A DNA stretch of 64,000 nt, taken from the NCBI GenBank assembly GCA_964016885.1, contig OZ024741.1, positions 285,696,001-285,760,000 of the forward strand, in the 5' to 3' direction. The position numbers were made by a program, and so were the translations under genes. Source of the DNA: Eledone cirrhosa. Taxonomy: Eukaryota. Positions 1 through 13,474 of this stretch are shown here, piece after piece (position 1 is the stretch's first letter; each line of letters begins with the position of its first letter). Under the pieces are notes generated by a model. That model saw only the letters and a program-made list of their open reading frames with translations, made no database searches and was not told where the DNA came from.

Positions 1-72
1 GAGAGATATGGGAGAGAGAAAAATAGTGAGGAGGTGACGTCAAATTTATTTATAAAACTGCTTATATATTGT

Positions 73-135
73 ATTTTATCTGAAGAAGGCATGCCATATT
101 TTTAATATGGTATCCCTGAAATATGTATAATGAAA
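73..135 (+). ncRNA. Minimal type-I hammerhead ribozyme in 5' pLTR of PLE1
   Basis: CTGAAGA (80-86), stem II AGG..CCATATT/AATATGG..CCT, GAAA (118-121), TATG-TA with GUA site. Confidence 0.8.
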
Positions 136-317
136 TAAATATGGTTTTATAAATATAGTTTCCATTTGTTTAATATCGTATATCTACTCCAAAACTTGTT
201 GAGTGCTTTATATCAGTTATAAAATATTTACTCGTTGTAACCCAACAATTTTAAATAAAACTTTTGCATATATTTTGCTCCAATACTGTTGAGCGCTTTA
301 TATTATAACTGAAAAAA

Positions 318-2530
318 ATGGAATTCTTTAAGATATCTTCTTCTCTAAAAGACATACCTCTACCTAAGAACAAAGACTTTATTAAACAATTAATAGAAAA
401 ATCAGACTCTTTTATAAGAAGAATCAGGTGGCGTGCCTTCCACTTTGATAAATCTAATCTAAATGAAAATGTCTCAGACTTAGATAAAGTTTTCAAATCT
501 AAAAAAAATCCACCCCCCAACAAACTTTTAATGGATTTTGAAAACGATATAATTTCTATCATACAAGGAGTCAAATTTAAGAGAAACTTCAAAGGCCAGG
601 AATATCTAAAAAGCATTAAGGATAATATTGAAAACTTAGAGAGAACAGAGAAGATCTTGGTGAAATCGGACAAAACCAACAACCTCTATGGAGTGCAAAA
701 AGACATGTATAATGGCCTTATACTGAAAGAACTAAGGAAAAAGTACAAAGTAGCAGATAAGGACGAACTGGAGAAAATGAATGCTGAGGCATCTTGTATA
801 ATGCATGAGTTGGAAATTGAGAACAAAACACAACCCTTCTTGCCTAGGAAACCCAAGATCAATATGAAATATCACAAAAGAAATTTTGAAAATGATTTGC
901 CAGTCAGATTAATTGCACCATCAAAATCTGACCTGGGTAAACTTAGCAAAAACATTCTAGACAGGGTGATACAGCAGGTTAAAAACTTACATGGTTTACC
1001 TAACTTAAACTTGTGGAAGGGAACTGGTGAGGTTATTGAGTGGTTTAAAGAAATTAAATATAACAAAAATAATAAATTTATTCAACTAGATATTGCTAAC
1101 TACTATTCATCTATTACCCCTAATCTACTAAATAAGGCACTAAATTACGCATTCAAACATACAGACCTAACTAGCAATGAAATGCACATTATATTATCGG
1201 CAAGGAAAACATTGATAGAATTTAATAACCAACTATAGACTAGGGCAGATAGAGATAATAATTTCGACATTACTATGGGATCATCTGACTCAGCTCAGGT
1301 AACGGACCTTGTGGGCCTATTTATAATTAATTCGCTACATAGAAAAATACCTGGTGTAACCGGAGGATTATATCGTGATGACATGCTTTTACTTATTGAA
1401 AATAATAACTCTGAACTAAATAGGAAAAGAAAACAAATTATACAATTTTTTAATTACCATAATCTAAAAATAGAAATAGAGAATAACCATAGAATAGTCA
1501 ATTTCCTAGATGTAACACTAAATCTCAACACATGTCTTCACTGTCCTTTTCACAAACTAAATGAAAACTTGAATTATGTCAGTTTTAACTCTAATCACCC
1601 CAGATCTGTTAAAAATACTATAGATATATACGTATCTCAAGAATTTCATCTAATAAAAATATTTTCGACGAAAAAGCGCAGTATTACAATGAAGCGTTAG
1701 CTAGAGCAGGATATAGTGATAAAATTATGTACATCGATAATAATAGGCAAACTAACCAATATAACAACAATTTTAATTACGGTAACAACTTTAACAACTA
1801 TAATAGAAAACATTACAATAATTCCAAAAGCCAGAAAAGAAATAGAACTAGAAATATAATATGGTTTGCACCCCCTTTCTCACTAAAGATTAAAACCCAC
1901 ATTGCTAAACTATTTTTTAATGCTCTTGACAAACGCTTCCCTAGAACACATAAATATCACTCAATTTTTAATAGACATACTATAAAATTAACTTACTCGT
2001 CCACCAAAAACTTAGCACAAAATATTAACAGAATAAATAATAGGAATCTAAAACCTAGCCAAAATACCGATAATAGCCTAAACAATATTCAACTAAACAA
2101 CTGTAACTGTAGAAATAAATCTAAATGTCCGTTAAATAACAATTGCTTAGTTAAAAATATAATATACAATTGTAATGTTAAAACTGACTTAAATTCTTTT
2201 AACTATGTTGGTTCCACCTCGACGGAATTTAAACTTCGCTATAATAATCATAAGAATTCTTTCACAGATCCAGGCAAAAAATCTTCAACATCACTATCAG
2301 GCTTACTCTGGCAACTTAAACATGATAACGTTGAATATTCGTTGTTTTGGAATATAGTCTCAAGAGGGATTCCTTTTAATTCCTCATCTGAGACATGTGA
2401 CCTCTGCGTGGAGGAGATATTCTTTATATTAAAATCTAAAAATTCCCTTAATCTAAGGAGCAATTTATTCAGTTGCTGCAGACATAGATTGAACTCAATG
2501 TTTAAATATAAATATAAATTTAAAATGTAG
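318..2530 (+). pseudogene. PLE reverse transcriptase + C-terminal GIY-YIG endonuclease, disrupted
   Basis: SDKTNNLY, RLIAPSK, LDIANYYSSI, MGSSDSAQ, GLYRDD, FLDVTL, CNC..CPL..C, IIY..YVGST, CDLC, CCRHR; TAG at 1236-1238 (likely a former Trp) and a frameshift near 1620. Confidence 0.93.
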
Positions 2531-3886
2531 TATATTTAGTTAAGATATTTATTTAATTAATTATGAAACATGACAATTAATCTTTCGATTCCTTCAACTT
2601 TTTCTTTTTTAAACCTTCTTCATAAATATATACTAATGATGTAATTAAACTACCCTTAAATGTTGATGCTCCCAATCTATTGAATAAATTTTACGCTAGA
2701 TAAACTTCTATACTAAATATAAGAGCATCTGTAGAACAACAGGGTCTCTTAAATCTTTTAAATGATTTCTGCTAAATAAGTCTTGTTGAATAATTTTGGT
2801 TTTTTGTTTGCTTTTGATTCTGATTGCTTCTAATGAACTTGGCAATGTATTGTCAGATAAATTGGAAGGGTTGATTTCTGTGGTTGATATGGGGGGCATA
2901 CTGTGTTTTTTAAAGCCCTAGACACTCTAGGGAGTGATGAAAGTATTCTTAGCGTTTTGATATATTGATATCTGTTGTCTATTCTATACATGAACGATAA
3001 TCATGTATGGTAGGGCAGGAATATTAATATTAATATATATTATATTTTTGTGTATGTGTATGTATGTATATATATATATATATATATATAGTAAAATCTT
3101 TTATAACGCAAGGGAAAATTTTTTCATGTGAAATGAGAAATTACAGAGCTGATCACGTATGCTCACGTGTATATCTATAGTGTCAACTAGAACTTGAGAT
3201 GACCTTCTCTTTTTCTTTTTCTTTCTTTTTCCGGAAAGTACATATATACTTATGTATTTTGAAGTTTTATCTCAGGTTTTTAATATATCGACCTAAGAAT
3301 TTTTAAACTAAACATATGGTCATTATTTTTCACACATTATATATCCATGTCTCATTCATGAATATTGATATCTACAGTATAATACCCAATTCATATAAAT
3401 TGATAATTCAAATTGATAGAACATAACGTAAAGTTGTAAATCTGTCATCTTTCTATCTAGATATAGCTTTCTTCTCCTCCCTCTATACATGATGTAATCT
3501 ATGTATCGCTGTTTTCTCTTTAGTTATTTTTTATTTTTCTCCGTCTCCTTAACACTATAACTAAATAAATAAATAAATAAATAATTACAGTACTCCCTCC
3601 CCCCTAAATCTCTCATTTTGCATGTTGAATTATTATTATTCATCTGTTACCTCAGCTGCCTCTCATTTTTCACCTCCTCACTATTTTTCTCTCTCCCATA
3701 TCTCTCTCTATCTCTCTCTCTGTTTTTCTTTACATACATTTACTCCTTCTCTCCGTCTTTCTTTTCTAACTGTGCTTAACACTAAATATTTACAAACATC
3801 TCACTACCAAACCAACTTTTTTAAATGGAAGTTGTTCAAAATTCTATGGTACGTCAAATTTATTTATAAAACTGCTTATATATTGT

Positions 3887-3950
3887 ATTTTATCTGAAGA
3901 AGGCATGCCATATTTTTAATATGGTATCCCTGAAATATGTATAATGAAAT
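3887..3950 (+). ncRNA. Hammerhead in 3' pLTR of PLE1
   Basis: Identical to 73-135; CTGAAGA 3894-3900, GAAA 3932-3935. Confidence 0.8.
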
Positions 3951-4078
3951 AAATATGGTTTTATAAATATAGTTTCCATTTGTTTAATATCGTATATCTA
4001 CTCCAAAACTTGTTGAGTGCTTTATATCAGTTATAAAATATTTACTCGTTGTAACCCAACAATTTTAAATAAAACTTT

Positions 4079-4081
<3 letters not shown>

Positions 4082-4138
<57 letters not shown>

Positions 4139-4188
4139 CGTGTGCGTGTGCGTGGGCGTGTGTGCGTGTGTGCGTGGGCGTGTGTGCG

Positions 4189-4280
<92 letters not shown>
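4082..4280. repeat. (TA)n-(TG)n microsatellite
   Basis: Direct reading. Confidence 0.98.
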
Positions 4281-4281
<1 letters not shown>

Positions 4282-4680
4282 TGGCTGCAAGCTCTGTAAC
4301 AGATCCTGAACAAGCAATGGCTGCCTTTGAAGGTTTGTTTTATGTGGGATGAGGCCTTTCACTCGACCAATCCCACTCTCTGAGCATCGAAAACACTACC
4401 CGAAAAGAGAACTGGTCAACATCATCGTATGATTGCGAAGCTGCAGGGTTTTTTTCTCAGTTTCCCTCTATTAGAGAGGTGTTGTTATAACAACTGGGGC
4501 CTTTCACTCCCAGATGGAAAACAAAAGTAATATTTGCATGGCCGTTGACTCTGCTGAGTTCCTCCGCCCTTTACCGGGTCTTGTATTTCATCCTGCAGGA
4601 TGTCCAATAATCATGCTCCTCAACAAGCAAGCTTGCTGGGGTTGCCGGTTCCGTCAAGAAGTAGGAATTTAAACGGGATC
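4280..4680 (-). mobile_element. Non-autonomous RTE-related repeat (same family as 26437-26976 and 44270-44835)
   Basis: Shared blocks such as ATCCCACTCTCTGAGC, CAACATCATCG, GGCCGTTGACTC..GAGTTC.TCCGCCCTTT. Confidence 0.65.
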
Positions 4681-4780
4681 AGTCAATGCAAGCTTTTGCT
4701 TTGGTAGTAGCCCTAAATCGTATTGAATTTCGTTGAGCATCCTAAACGAGGTATAGAATTATAGAGTTATAGAGTCATAT

Positions 4781-4813
<33 letters not shown>

Positions 4814-4818
4814 GGAAA

Positions 4819-4926
4819 AAGTATGACCCTGACGGCAGAGCTCAAGCCGTTTCGACGGCTATTGCTGGACTAAATTACAATTTTTAGCCTGGTGAATAAA
4901 TAGCCGAACTTTTCAAGGGGGTACTT
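4819..4926 (-). ncRNA. Hammerhead, U3-A8 core variant (UUGAAAA), full stem III, GUC site
   Basis: Minus strand: AAGTACCCCC-TTGAAAA-GTTCGGCTATT..AATAGCCGTC-GAAA-CGGC..GCCG-TC-AGGGTCATACTT. Confidence 0.75.
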
Positions 4927-5203
4927 CCTTATATAGTTCGGCTATTTATTCACCAGGCTAAAAATTCTAATTTAGTCCAAAATAGCCGTCGAAACGGCTT
5001 GAACTCTGCCGTCGGGGTCATACTTTTTCCTATTTCCCACTCTACTACTCTAAGTATTGAGTACTCTGGTGCGTTATGGTCCATTTGGTTCCTTACCACA
5101 ATTCCTTTGTTATTAAGCTCCTATCTCTGTAGTAGAGCACTTTCCGACTCTACCACGCCATATCCCGATTTTTCCACCCAACTCAAGTTTCTTCACCCGC
5201 ACG

Positions 5204-7331
5204 ATGCGAAAACACAACATCGACTTCTCCACCAAGAACATCCCAGTTCCAGCAAGACAACTTTACATTCGGATGCTCACGCAAAAAATCGATCTTTTTG
5301 CGAAAAAACTAAGATGGAGAACTTTGTTCTACGATAGATACCGCGACAATATGGACTTCGACACCAAGGAGGAGATTTGGATTCAATACCTACAAATCTC
5401 CCCCTCCGAACCCTATGCTGTTACCCTTCGAGAACGACCTTTTCCAGCTGGTCAAGAGCATTAAATTCAAACTGAGACACAACAGATTCCTACAACTCCG
5501 TAGTAAAATAACAGAGTATGAAAACACCAACGACATCATGGTGCACTCGGACAAAACTGGAAACCTCTACTTCGTTAACTCTGACAGATACCGCACACTG
5601 ATCAGGAGCAGCCTAAACTCCACCTATAAAAAGGCTAACCATTCAAATATCGTGGACATAAATCGAGATGGACAACAAATTACCTCCAGACTCGGGGTCG
5701 CCGACCGCACTGAATCCCTAGACCCACGTACTCCCTACTTCACACTGAAGGACCACAAATCCGACTTCGACCGCAAACCATCCATTAGGCTTATAAACCC
5801 AACGAAGTCGGACATAGGGAGAATAAGTAAAAAGATCCTAGACCGAGTTATACCAAAAGTTAAGCAAAACGTGAGACTTAGCTTATGGGTCAGCACCCAG
5901 GAAGTAATATCACGGTTCAGCAATATGGAGGACAAACGAGACAAAATTCATCCGGTTTGACATAGAGAGTTACTATGCATCTATTACCTTACCGCTCCTT
6001 ACGGCCGCCTTGGACTTTGCCGAAACACTCATGCCCATCACTGACCAGGAAAGAAATATCAATCTCCACGCCAGGAAGACAGTCCTACTTTTCGACAACT
6101 CCAAGTGGATAAAGAGAGCTCCAGACTCCCCCTTCTACGTCAGCCGAGGTCACAGATCTTATAGGATTATTCCTACTATTTAAACTCACCGAAATGTTTC
6201 CTGCATTTGGCGGTGGATTGTACCGGGATGTTGGGCTCCTTGCCCTCAAAGGGTACAACCCCAGTAGTACAGACCGGGTCCGTAAACAACTAATCAACTT
6301 CTTCCGGGACTGGGGATTTAAAATCACCCTACAAACGTCCCTAACCCGAGTCAATTTCCTGGACGTTACCCTTAACCTCGAAAATGCTCTGTACTACCCA
6401 TACAGGAAACCAAATGACAACCTGCACTACATCCACCGTCGCTCTAACCATCCTAGAAACATCACCAATAACCTGGTTAAAAACAGCTCCCTCCGCATAT
6501 CTCGTTTGTCCGCTAATGTGCAGATATTCGACGAACACGCGCCTCATTACAACCAGGCCCTCAAGCGGAGTGGCTTTCGGGAAGAAATATCCTTTTATCC
6601 AGCTTCCTTTAGCGGAACCAGCAGGCAACACCGCCGCTCACGCAACGTAACGTGGTTCAATCCTCCCCACAATGCCGAGGTGGCAGCACCTATCGGGAAA
6701 ATCTTCTTTAGACTCCTAAAAAAAAACTTCTCACTACAACACCGCTACCACAACATAATCAACAAAAACACCACCGAACTCTCCTACAGCACCAGACCTA
6801 ACTTCGCACAAAACATCGTCTCCTCAAACAACAAAAAACTCAACCCCTATGTAAGAAATAACCTAGACATCAGTGGACAGCCGACCAGGAGGTGTAACTG
6901 CCGTGATAGATCCACGTGCCCCCTCAACAACAAATGCCGAGAACGTAACGTGATCTACCAGTGCAACATGAGGACGGACAACTCCAACAAAGCTTATATA
7001 GGATTAACTGCGTGTGACTTCAAGACCTGGCTCTACCAACACCGACTCACTTTCCGAAACCCGGTCGGCGACATGCCACTACACTTTCGGGCCACATCTG
7101 GGACCTCCAAGATAACCATATAACCTACAATCTCACTTGGCGCTTACTGTCCAGAGCTAACTCTTACATGGGAGGGGCCGTCCGTGTCACTTATGCTCGG
7201 AGGAAACATTACAAATGCTGTTTTCGAAGGACCAACTCCTAAACTAGAAAGATGAACTGGTAACCGCATGCCAACACAGATTGCGTAGGACTTACCTCGC
7301 CCTCAAACCCTATAACGACCCGCGTGGGTAG
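5204..7331 (+). pseudogene. PLE RT + GIY-YIG, multiply frameshifted
   Basis: FSTKNIPVP, SDKTGNLY, LKDHK, RLINPTKS, GLYRDVG, FLDVTL, CNC..CPL..C, VIY..YIGLT, ACQHR. Confidence 0.9.
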
Positions 7332-8039
7332 ACAAGTGCTGATATGCTGATACTCCCCCCCCCCACACACACAATTGCCGAATACGTTAGGGGAACCCCA
7401 GCTTACAAAGGTAAATGTATCTCTTTTCTTTTTCTCTTTGTCTCCTTCTTCCCCCTGTCTCATCCTATCACTTCCTTCCACCTCCTATTTTCTTCCTCGT
7501 CTGCTTTCCCCTTTCGCCTACCCCGATGCAGCCCATCGGGACTTGTAGCAACAGTTCCCCCACCCCTGTTATTTTAAGATAGAATTGGCCGAATACCAAT
7601 TTTACTAACTACTTATACCAGATGTGTAAAAAAAAACCTTTAAGTTTGTATCTGTTTTGTAATTTCTATAAGTTTTTTCTAATTTCAACTTAATAACCTG
7701 TAATTGTAAGATAGCATTGTGATTTCTTTATTCATTTCTCACTAGCTAATTTTATATATATATATATATATATTTTTTTTTATTTCTCGTATCTTTTATT
7801 GTCTTCTACTCTCTTTCGATTTACCTATTCTATAACCTCCCTCCCCAACTTCATACACTATCCTTAGAATCTGATGTACACATATCACTTTCAACGCTTG
7901 ACCGCTCCACTCACTTCCCTATTGTTCTACAGGCAAGTTCAGCCACCCCTACCTCCCACCAAATGCCATGATAGACTTATTTGTGTTTACAACAAATTTT
8001 ACCCAATCCTCTTGACAACTACAATCTTCCCATATAAGG

Positions 8040-8146
8040 AAGTATCCCCTTGAAAAGTTCGGCTATTTATTCACCAGGCTAAAAATTCTAATTTAGTCCT
8101 GAAATAGCCGTCGAAACGGCTTGAGCTCTGCCGTGGGGGTCATACT
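8040..8146 (+). ncRNA. Hammerhead (UUGAAAA variant) in 3' pLTR of PLE2; cleavage triplet reads GUG
   Basis: TTGAAAA 8050-8056, GAAA 8113-8116, stem I AAGTATCCCC/GGGG..ATACTT. Confidence 0.7.
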
Positions 8147-8301
8147 TTTTTCTATTTCCCACTCTACTGCCCTAAGTATTGAGTACTCTAGTGTGTTATG
8201 GTCCATTTGGTTCTTTACCACAATTCCTTTGTTATAAATATATATATATATATATGTGTGTGTGTATATATGTATATAGACAGACATATATATATATATA
8301 T

Positions 8302-8887
8302 GAAAAGTGTAATTTTCTACACAAAACGAAGGTTATAGAGAAAATTGAGGTTGGTAACGGCACATGGAATATATAAGAGACAGAATACTTTTTTGTGAAA
8401 AAACATATAATTTTATAAGGTAAGGAAATAATAAAGGGTATAAAAAATGACCGGTTTCGATGGGTTTGCAAAAGCCATCTTTTCAAATGTTGATTAATAT
8501 TAAGAAAAATTAATAATACGAAGAGTTAAAATTTGAGATTTGAAAATTCAAGTATAAAATTCATTGTGGGATTTCATAGTAGTTTTCATCTAGGTAGCAA
8601 CAACAAGTTGACTGCTGTGTCCCTTTCTTGTTGTTGCTACCTAGATGAAAACTACTATGAAATCCCACAATGAATTTTATACTTGAATTTTCAAATCTCA
8701 AATTTTAACTCTTCGTATTATTAATTTTTCTTAATATTAATCAACATTTGAAAAGATGGCTTTTGCAGACCCATCGAAACCAGTCATTTTTTATACCCTT
8801 TATTATTTCCTTACCTTATAAAATTATATGTTTTTTCACAAAAAAGTATTCTGTCTCTTATATATTCCATGTGCCATTACCAACCTC

Positions 8888-8893
<6 letters not shown>
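8302..8893. mobile_element. Fold-back solo-pLTR element (about 267-bp inverted arms) with hammerheads on both strands
   Basis: 8341-8607 inverted against 8627-8893; TTGAAAA-GATGG..CCATC-GAAA-CC(A/G)G-TC at 8748-8785 (+) and 8449-8486 (-); (TA)n flanks. Confidence 0.88.
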
Positions 8894-8932
<39 letters not shown>

Positions 8933-8940
8933 ATATATAA

Positions 8941-9255
8941 GGCCTAGAAGCTGCTAAATGTTCGGCCGCCTTCCTGTCTCTCCTTTTTATCTCCATGGAT
9001 TTAGTCTATTATATTCCTTTGTTAAATTTCGAATACCTGATGATGTCACAGAATTCAAACTAAACCCGGTCACTGAAATGATCATAGTATAATAAACCTT
9101 TTAAGGAACTACACCAGTTCAGCCTCCTGTTATTTTATAATATTAACTCCGTACTCGCACCACCAGCAACACAAACGAAGACGGGTGAGTTGCATTACGT
9201 CGAGTGCTCTCCCTAATATTACATCAAGGTTGACAATACGGAATGACCAGTTCTA
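8941..9255 (+). mobile_element. PLE 3'-end fragment with hammerhead (9033-9090)
   Basis: ATAC-CTGATGA..GAAA-TGATCA-TA-GTAT; palindromic stem III. Confidence 0.65.
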
Positions 9256-9314
9256 TTTCATATAGATTATATTTTTGTTTTTAAAATCCAACGCCAATAA
9301 ATACACCAGGATTT

Positions 9315-9374
9315 TTTCATTCTGATGATTGAAAGCAATTTTTTTTGCTTTTAAGAAACCATTGGTAAATGAAA
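9315..9374 (+). ncRNA. Hammerhead in 5' pLTR of PLE3
   Basis: TTTCATT-CTGATGA-TTGAAAGCAA..TTGCTTTTAA-GAAA-CCATTGG-TA-AATGAAA; all three stems pair. Confidence 0.88.
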
Positions 9375-9587
9375 TAATTGCCTTATGTCGTTTATTACAT
9401 AACTATTAAGCTCTGTTACCTACATAGAGCACTCTTTTTTCCTGGACTTTTCCGACGAAATTACTTCATTTATACAGCTCCAACCGGGATTTATTGAAGT
9501 ATATTCTATATTACATATACGATTGGCACTTTCCAGCCCGATTAGTTGAGCACTCTACAGTTTTCAGGAATTTAACCAACATACACC

Positions 9588-11723
9588 ATGGACCTTTATG
9601 AATTGGATTATTCAATAAAAAATATACCTACTCCTCCCAACACAACTTATACCAAAATGCTTATAGATAAAATCCAACAAGTCGTTAAACGAATGAGATG
9701 GAAGGCAATGGTTTACGATGGACTATTCAGTGCTGATACTAATGATTGTTTTGACATAAAATCCCGTAAATATCCACCTAGAATTAAAAACATGGCCAAC
9801 TTCGAATTAGACCTTGTTAATTTAATTAGTGATATCAAATTTAGTAAGTACAATAATCATTTTCAAACTAAACTGTCTAACGATATTTTTAATTTTAAAA
9901 ATTCTACAAACACCTTTGTTCTTTCTGATAAAACTAAAAATCGCTTTGAAGTTAATAGTATTTTGTATAACCAACTTTTAACTAATAGTATCACCAACAA
10001 ATATCAATTAACTAATAATAATACCTACAATACTATTAATAAAGAAGCTAAAGGTCTAGCTAGTTCTTTAAAAATAGACAACCGGATTGAAAGCCTAGGT
10101 AAGCGTAAAGCATATATTACCCTTAAAGACCATAAATTAGACTTTACTAATCGACCTAGTTGTAGACTGATTAACCCGGCTAAATCCGAAGTTGGCCATG
10201 CAAGTAAAATAATCTTAAGAAAATAATTCTCCAAATTAGAACTAAGACTGACCTATCACAGTGGTTAAATACTTCCTCTTTTATTTCTTGGTTTAATAAT
10301 ATACAAGGTAAAAATAAGTATAGATTTACCCAATTTCATATTGTTGATTTTTACCCTCTATTACTGTTTCCTTATTAACTAATGCCTTAGAGTTTGCAAG
10401 ACTCTTCATTAATATTTCTAAATTAGAAGAAGACATTATCTTTCATGCTAGAAAAACTTTACTCTTTACTAATGAAAGTATTTGGGTTAAAAAGTCAAAC
10501 ACTGAAAACTCTTTTGATGTTGCAATAGGTTCATATGACAGTGCGGATGTGTGTGACTTAGTAGGATTATTCCTTCTCCACACCCTCAAAGAGAAATTTC
10601 CTTCCCAAAATATCGGTTTATACCGTGATGACGGATTGGCAGTTTCTCATACCACCAACGGCCATAACCGTGATAAATTCCGTAAAAATTTAATCAATAC
10701 TTTTGCTAATCTTAACCTTAAAATTACTATAGATACGAACCATACCAATGCTAACTTTCTTGACATTAATCTTGATCTACTTACCGCCTCTTTTAAACCT
10801 TATCATAAACCTAATGAAAATCTTAGATATATACACAAAGAGTCTTGCTATCCCCCTATAGTTTTAATAAATCTTATTCCCAACATTAGCCGTAGGATTT
10901 CTACCTTATCTACATCTCTAGACATTTTTAATAAAGCCGCCCCTTATTATAATAAAGCCCTTAATAACAGCGGTTTTACAGAACAAATTTATTATTTACC
11001 TACTCCCCCCCCCTAAAACTAACCACAATAATAGGAAAAGGAAAATTATTTAGTTTACACCCCCCCACCTTCTCTCTAACTGTCAAAACTAGTGTAGGAA
11101 GGAAATTCCTTGACCACTTAGATAAACATTTTCCTCCTAATCATAGACATTATGAGTTATTTAATAGAAATGTAGTTAAGATCAGTTACTCTTGTTGCCC
11201 ATCAATGAAGTCTAAGATCACTAATTCAAATCGTACGAGAACAAATCCAAGATGCAGTTGCAGGAAGCCGGATGAATGCCAATTACAGGGCAAATGTAAC
11301 ACCAAATCTGTTGTTTATGAGGACAAAGTGAGACCTTTAATCAACAACCAGCCAGCCAGGAGTGAGCGATATGTTGGCATGACCCAGGACAGGTTTAAAA
11401 CCAGGTTTTATGCACATGTCGTTTCTTTTAAGCACTCCGATGAACGAACAGCAGCGGCCCTCGCAATTAAGGTGTGGGAATTCAAGGATAAAAACATCCC
11501 GTACTCTATCGATTGCTCTATTTTAGACCATTCGAGGGAGTACCAAAGTGGCACAAAGAATTGTTCTTTGTGTACCACGGAAAAATATAGGATTTTGCTA
11601 AACTTGAAAGCCACTTCTGCTTGCCTGAACTCAAAGACCGAGATCTTCAGATGTTGTCCTCATCTGAAATCACATCTGATCTGTAACTGGATTGACATTC
11701 CTATGATAACTCAACCACCTTGA
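9588..11723 (+). pseudogene. PLE RT + GIY-YIG, disrupted
   Basis: YSIKNIPTP, RMRWKA, SDKT, LKDHK, RLINPAKS, GLYRDDGL, FLDINL, CSC..C..C, VVY..YVGMT, CSLC. Confidence 0.92.
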
Positions 11724-11949
11724 ACTCCTCTCCTGCTCTTTACTTCCACTACGGTTTTTTTACCTGCTGAATCCATGTTCTGTACTCTCGTATTCTCTTT
11801 CTCCCTTATCTCCCCTTATATTTAAACCTTTTCCTATGTCATTTATTTTCCCCCTTTTTCCCCCCTACTTTATTGCCTTACCCTTCACATACCAAATTTT
11901 TTTATTTTTAGATATTTATTTTTTTTTGTGTGTTGCGTATATGTATGTA

Positions 11950-12010
<61 letters not shown>

Positions 12011-12156
12011 GTATATATATATGTGTATGTATATGTGTGTGTATATGTATATTATGTATATGTGTATGTATATATGTGTGTGTATGTATGTTTATATCTA
12101 TCTGTATGTATAGGTATATGTATATATAATTGTATATTATATATTTCTGTTGTGTT

Positions 12157-12241
<85 letters not shown>

Positions 12242-12339
12242 GTGTATATATAGATTTAATATGTGTGTATGGGCGTGTGTATATTTGTGCGTGTATATGT
12301 ATTTTTTTATATAATGGTTTTGTGTGTATATATATAATA

Positions 12340-12470
12340 GGCGAAGGCGTGTGGCGGAGTGGTTAGAGAATTGGATTCACAATCGTAAGGTTGTGAGTTC
12401 GATTCCTGGACGAGGCGATGCGTTATGTCCTTGAGCAAGACACTTTATTTCACGTTGTTCCTTCTACCTG
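12340..12470 (+). mobile_element. tRNA-derived SINE with CORE-like body
   Basis: A box TGGCGGAGTGG, B box GTTCGATTCC, then GTCCTTGAGCAAGACACTT. Confidence 0.75.
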
Positions 12471-13123
12471 GAGTTGCGACCGATAGATAGTATTAGCAAT
12501 TGGAAAGACCAACGGAAACATTGTTCCTCGGTCCGATTTGACGAAAGTCGATCGTTCCTTTAATATATAATAGCCTCAGAAACGGCTTGAGCTCTGCCCT
12601 GGGGTCAGACATTTTCCTATGTGTGTGTATATATATATACGTAATTGTATGTGTGTGTGTATTTCAGTGGTTGTGTTTTTGTGTGTGTGTGTGTATGTAT
12701 ATATATGTATATATATGTATGTATATATATATATATATATATGTATGGGTGTATGTATATGCATAATTACATACAGTGATTTAATGCTTATTTTCATTGA
12801 TCTTTTGCTCCAGGAACTTGTTGAGTGCTCTAAATCTGCTCTAAACATTTATACCCTTTGCTAAATATATTTTTTTATTTATTATTTGTCGTATTCCCAA
12901 CTTTTTATTTTCATTTTTATTTTTATTTTTATATTTATATATACAATATTTTTAATATATACAATATTTAGGTTTTTTTATATATATATAATATTTATGT
13001 TCTTTCTCATATATATATATATATATATATAGTTATATATATATGTGTGTGTGTATGTATGTAAGCTTACGTATGTGTATGTATATGTGTGTGTAAGTAT
13101 ATATGTGTATATATGTATATGTG

Positions 13124-13167
<44 letters not shown>

Positions 13168-13474
13168 TATACACATATACACATATATACCTACACACAC
13201 ATACGTAAGCATACATACATACACACACACATATGTGATATGTATGTGTATGTATGTATGGATATGTATGTATGTATGTATATATATATATATATAAAGA
13301 ATGAATAATAACAGGTAGACATCATAAAAAGGTAATTTATTCCGTGTGCTTACAAATGTTTCCACGGTGGTACTGCAGCCTAGTTATGCTATGTGCAAAT
13401 TTACAAGTATTTGCAGAACAAATATCCAATGATCAAATCAGTTCCCCGGAGTATTTGCAGAACTCAAATATCCA

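Larger units (their letters stand above)
1..4084 (+). mobile_element. Penelope-like element 1 (Naiad-type) with pLTR direct repeats and a 5' inverted segment (left end runs off the window)
   Basis: 37-270 is repeated at 3851-4084; 1-37 is the reverse complement of 3670-3706; RT+GIY-YIG ORF lies between; 3' end abuts (TA)n. Confidence 0.93.
4812..8236 (+). mobile_element. Penelope-like element 2 (Naiad-type) with inverted 5' pLTR, partial direct 5' pLTR and 3' pLTR
   Basis: 4812-4934 is the reverse complement of about 8032-8154; 4935-5113 is a direct repeat of 8056-8234; flanked by (TA)n. Confidence 0.92.

Noticed and set aside
8341-8893. MITE or foldback DNA transposon
   Set aside because: Arms are hammerhead-bearing pLTR sequence with unequal ends and no fixed TIR or TSD
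8232-8957. Twin ORFs MKRWLLQTHRN on opposite strands
   Set aside because: By-product of the inverted repeat; they start at TTG within the hammerhead core
12340-12420. tRNA gene
   Set aside because: No acceptor stem; continues into a SINE body with multiple copies
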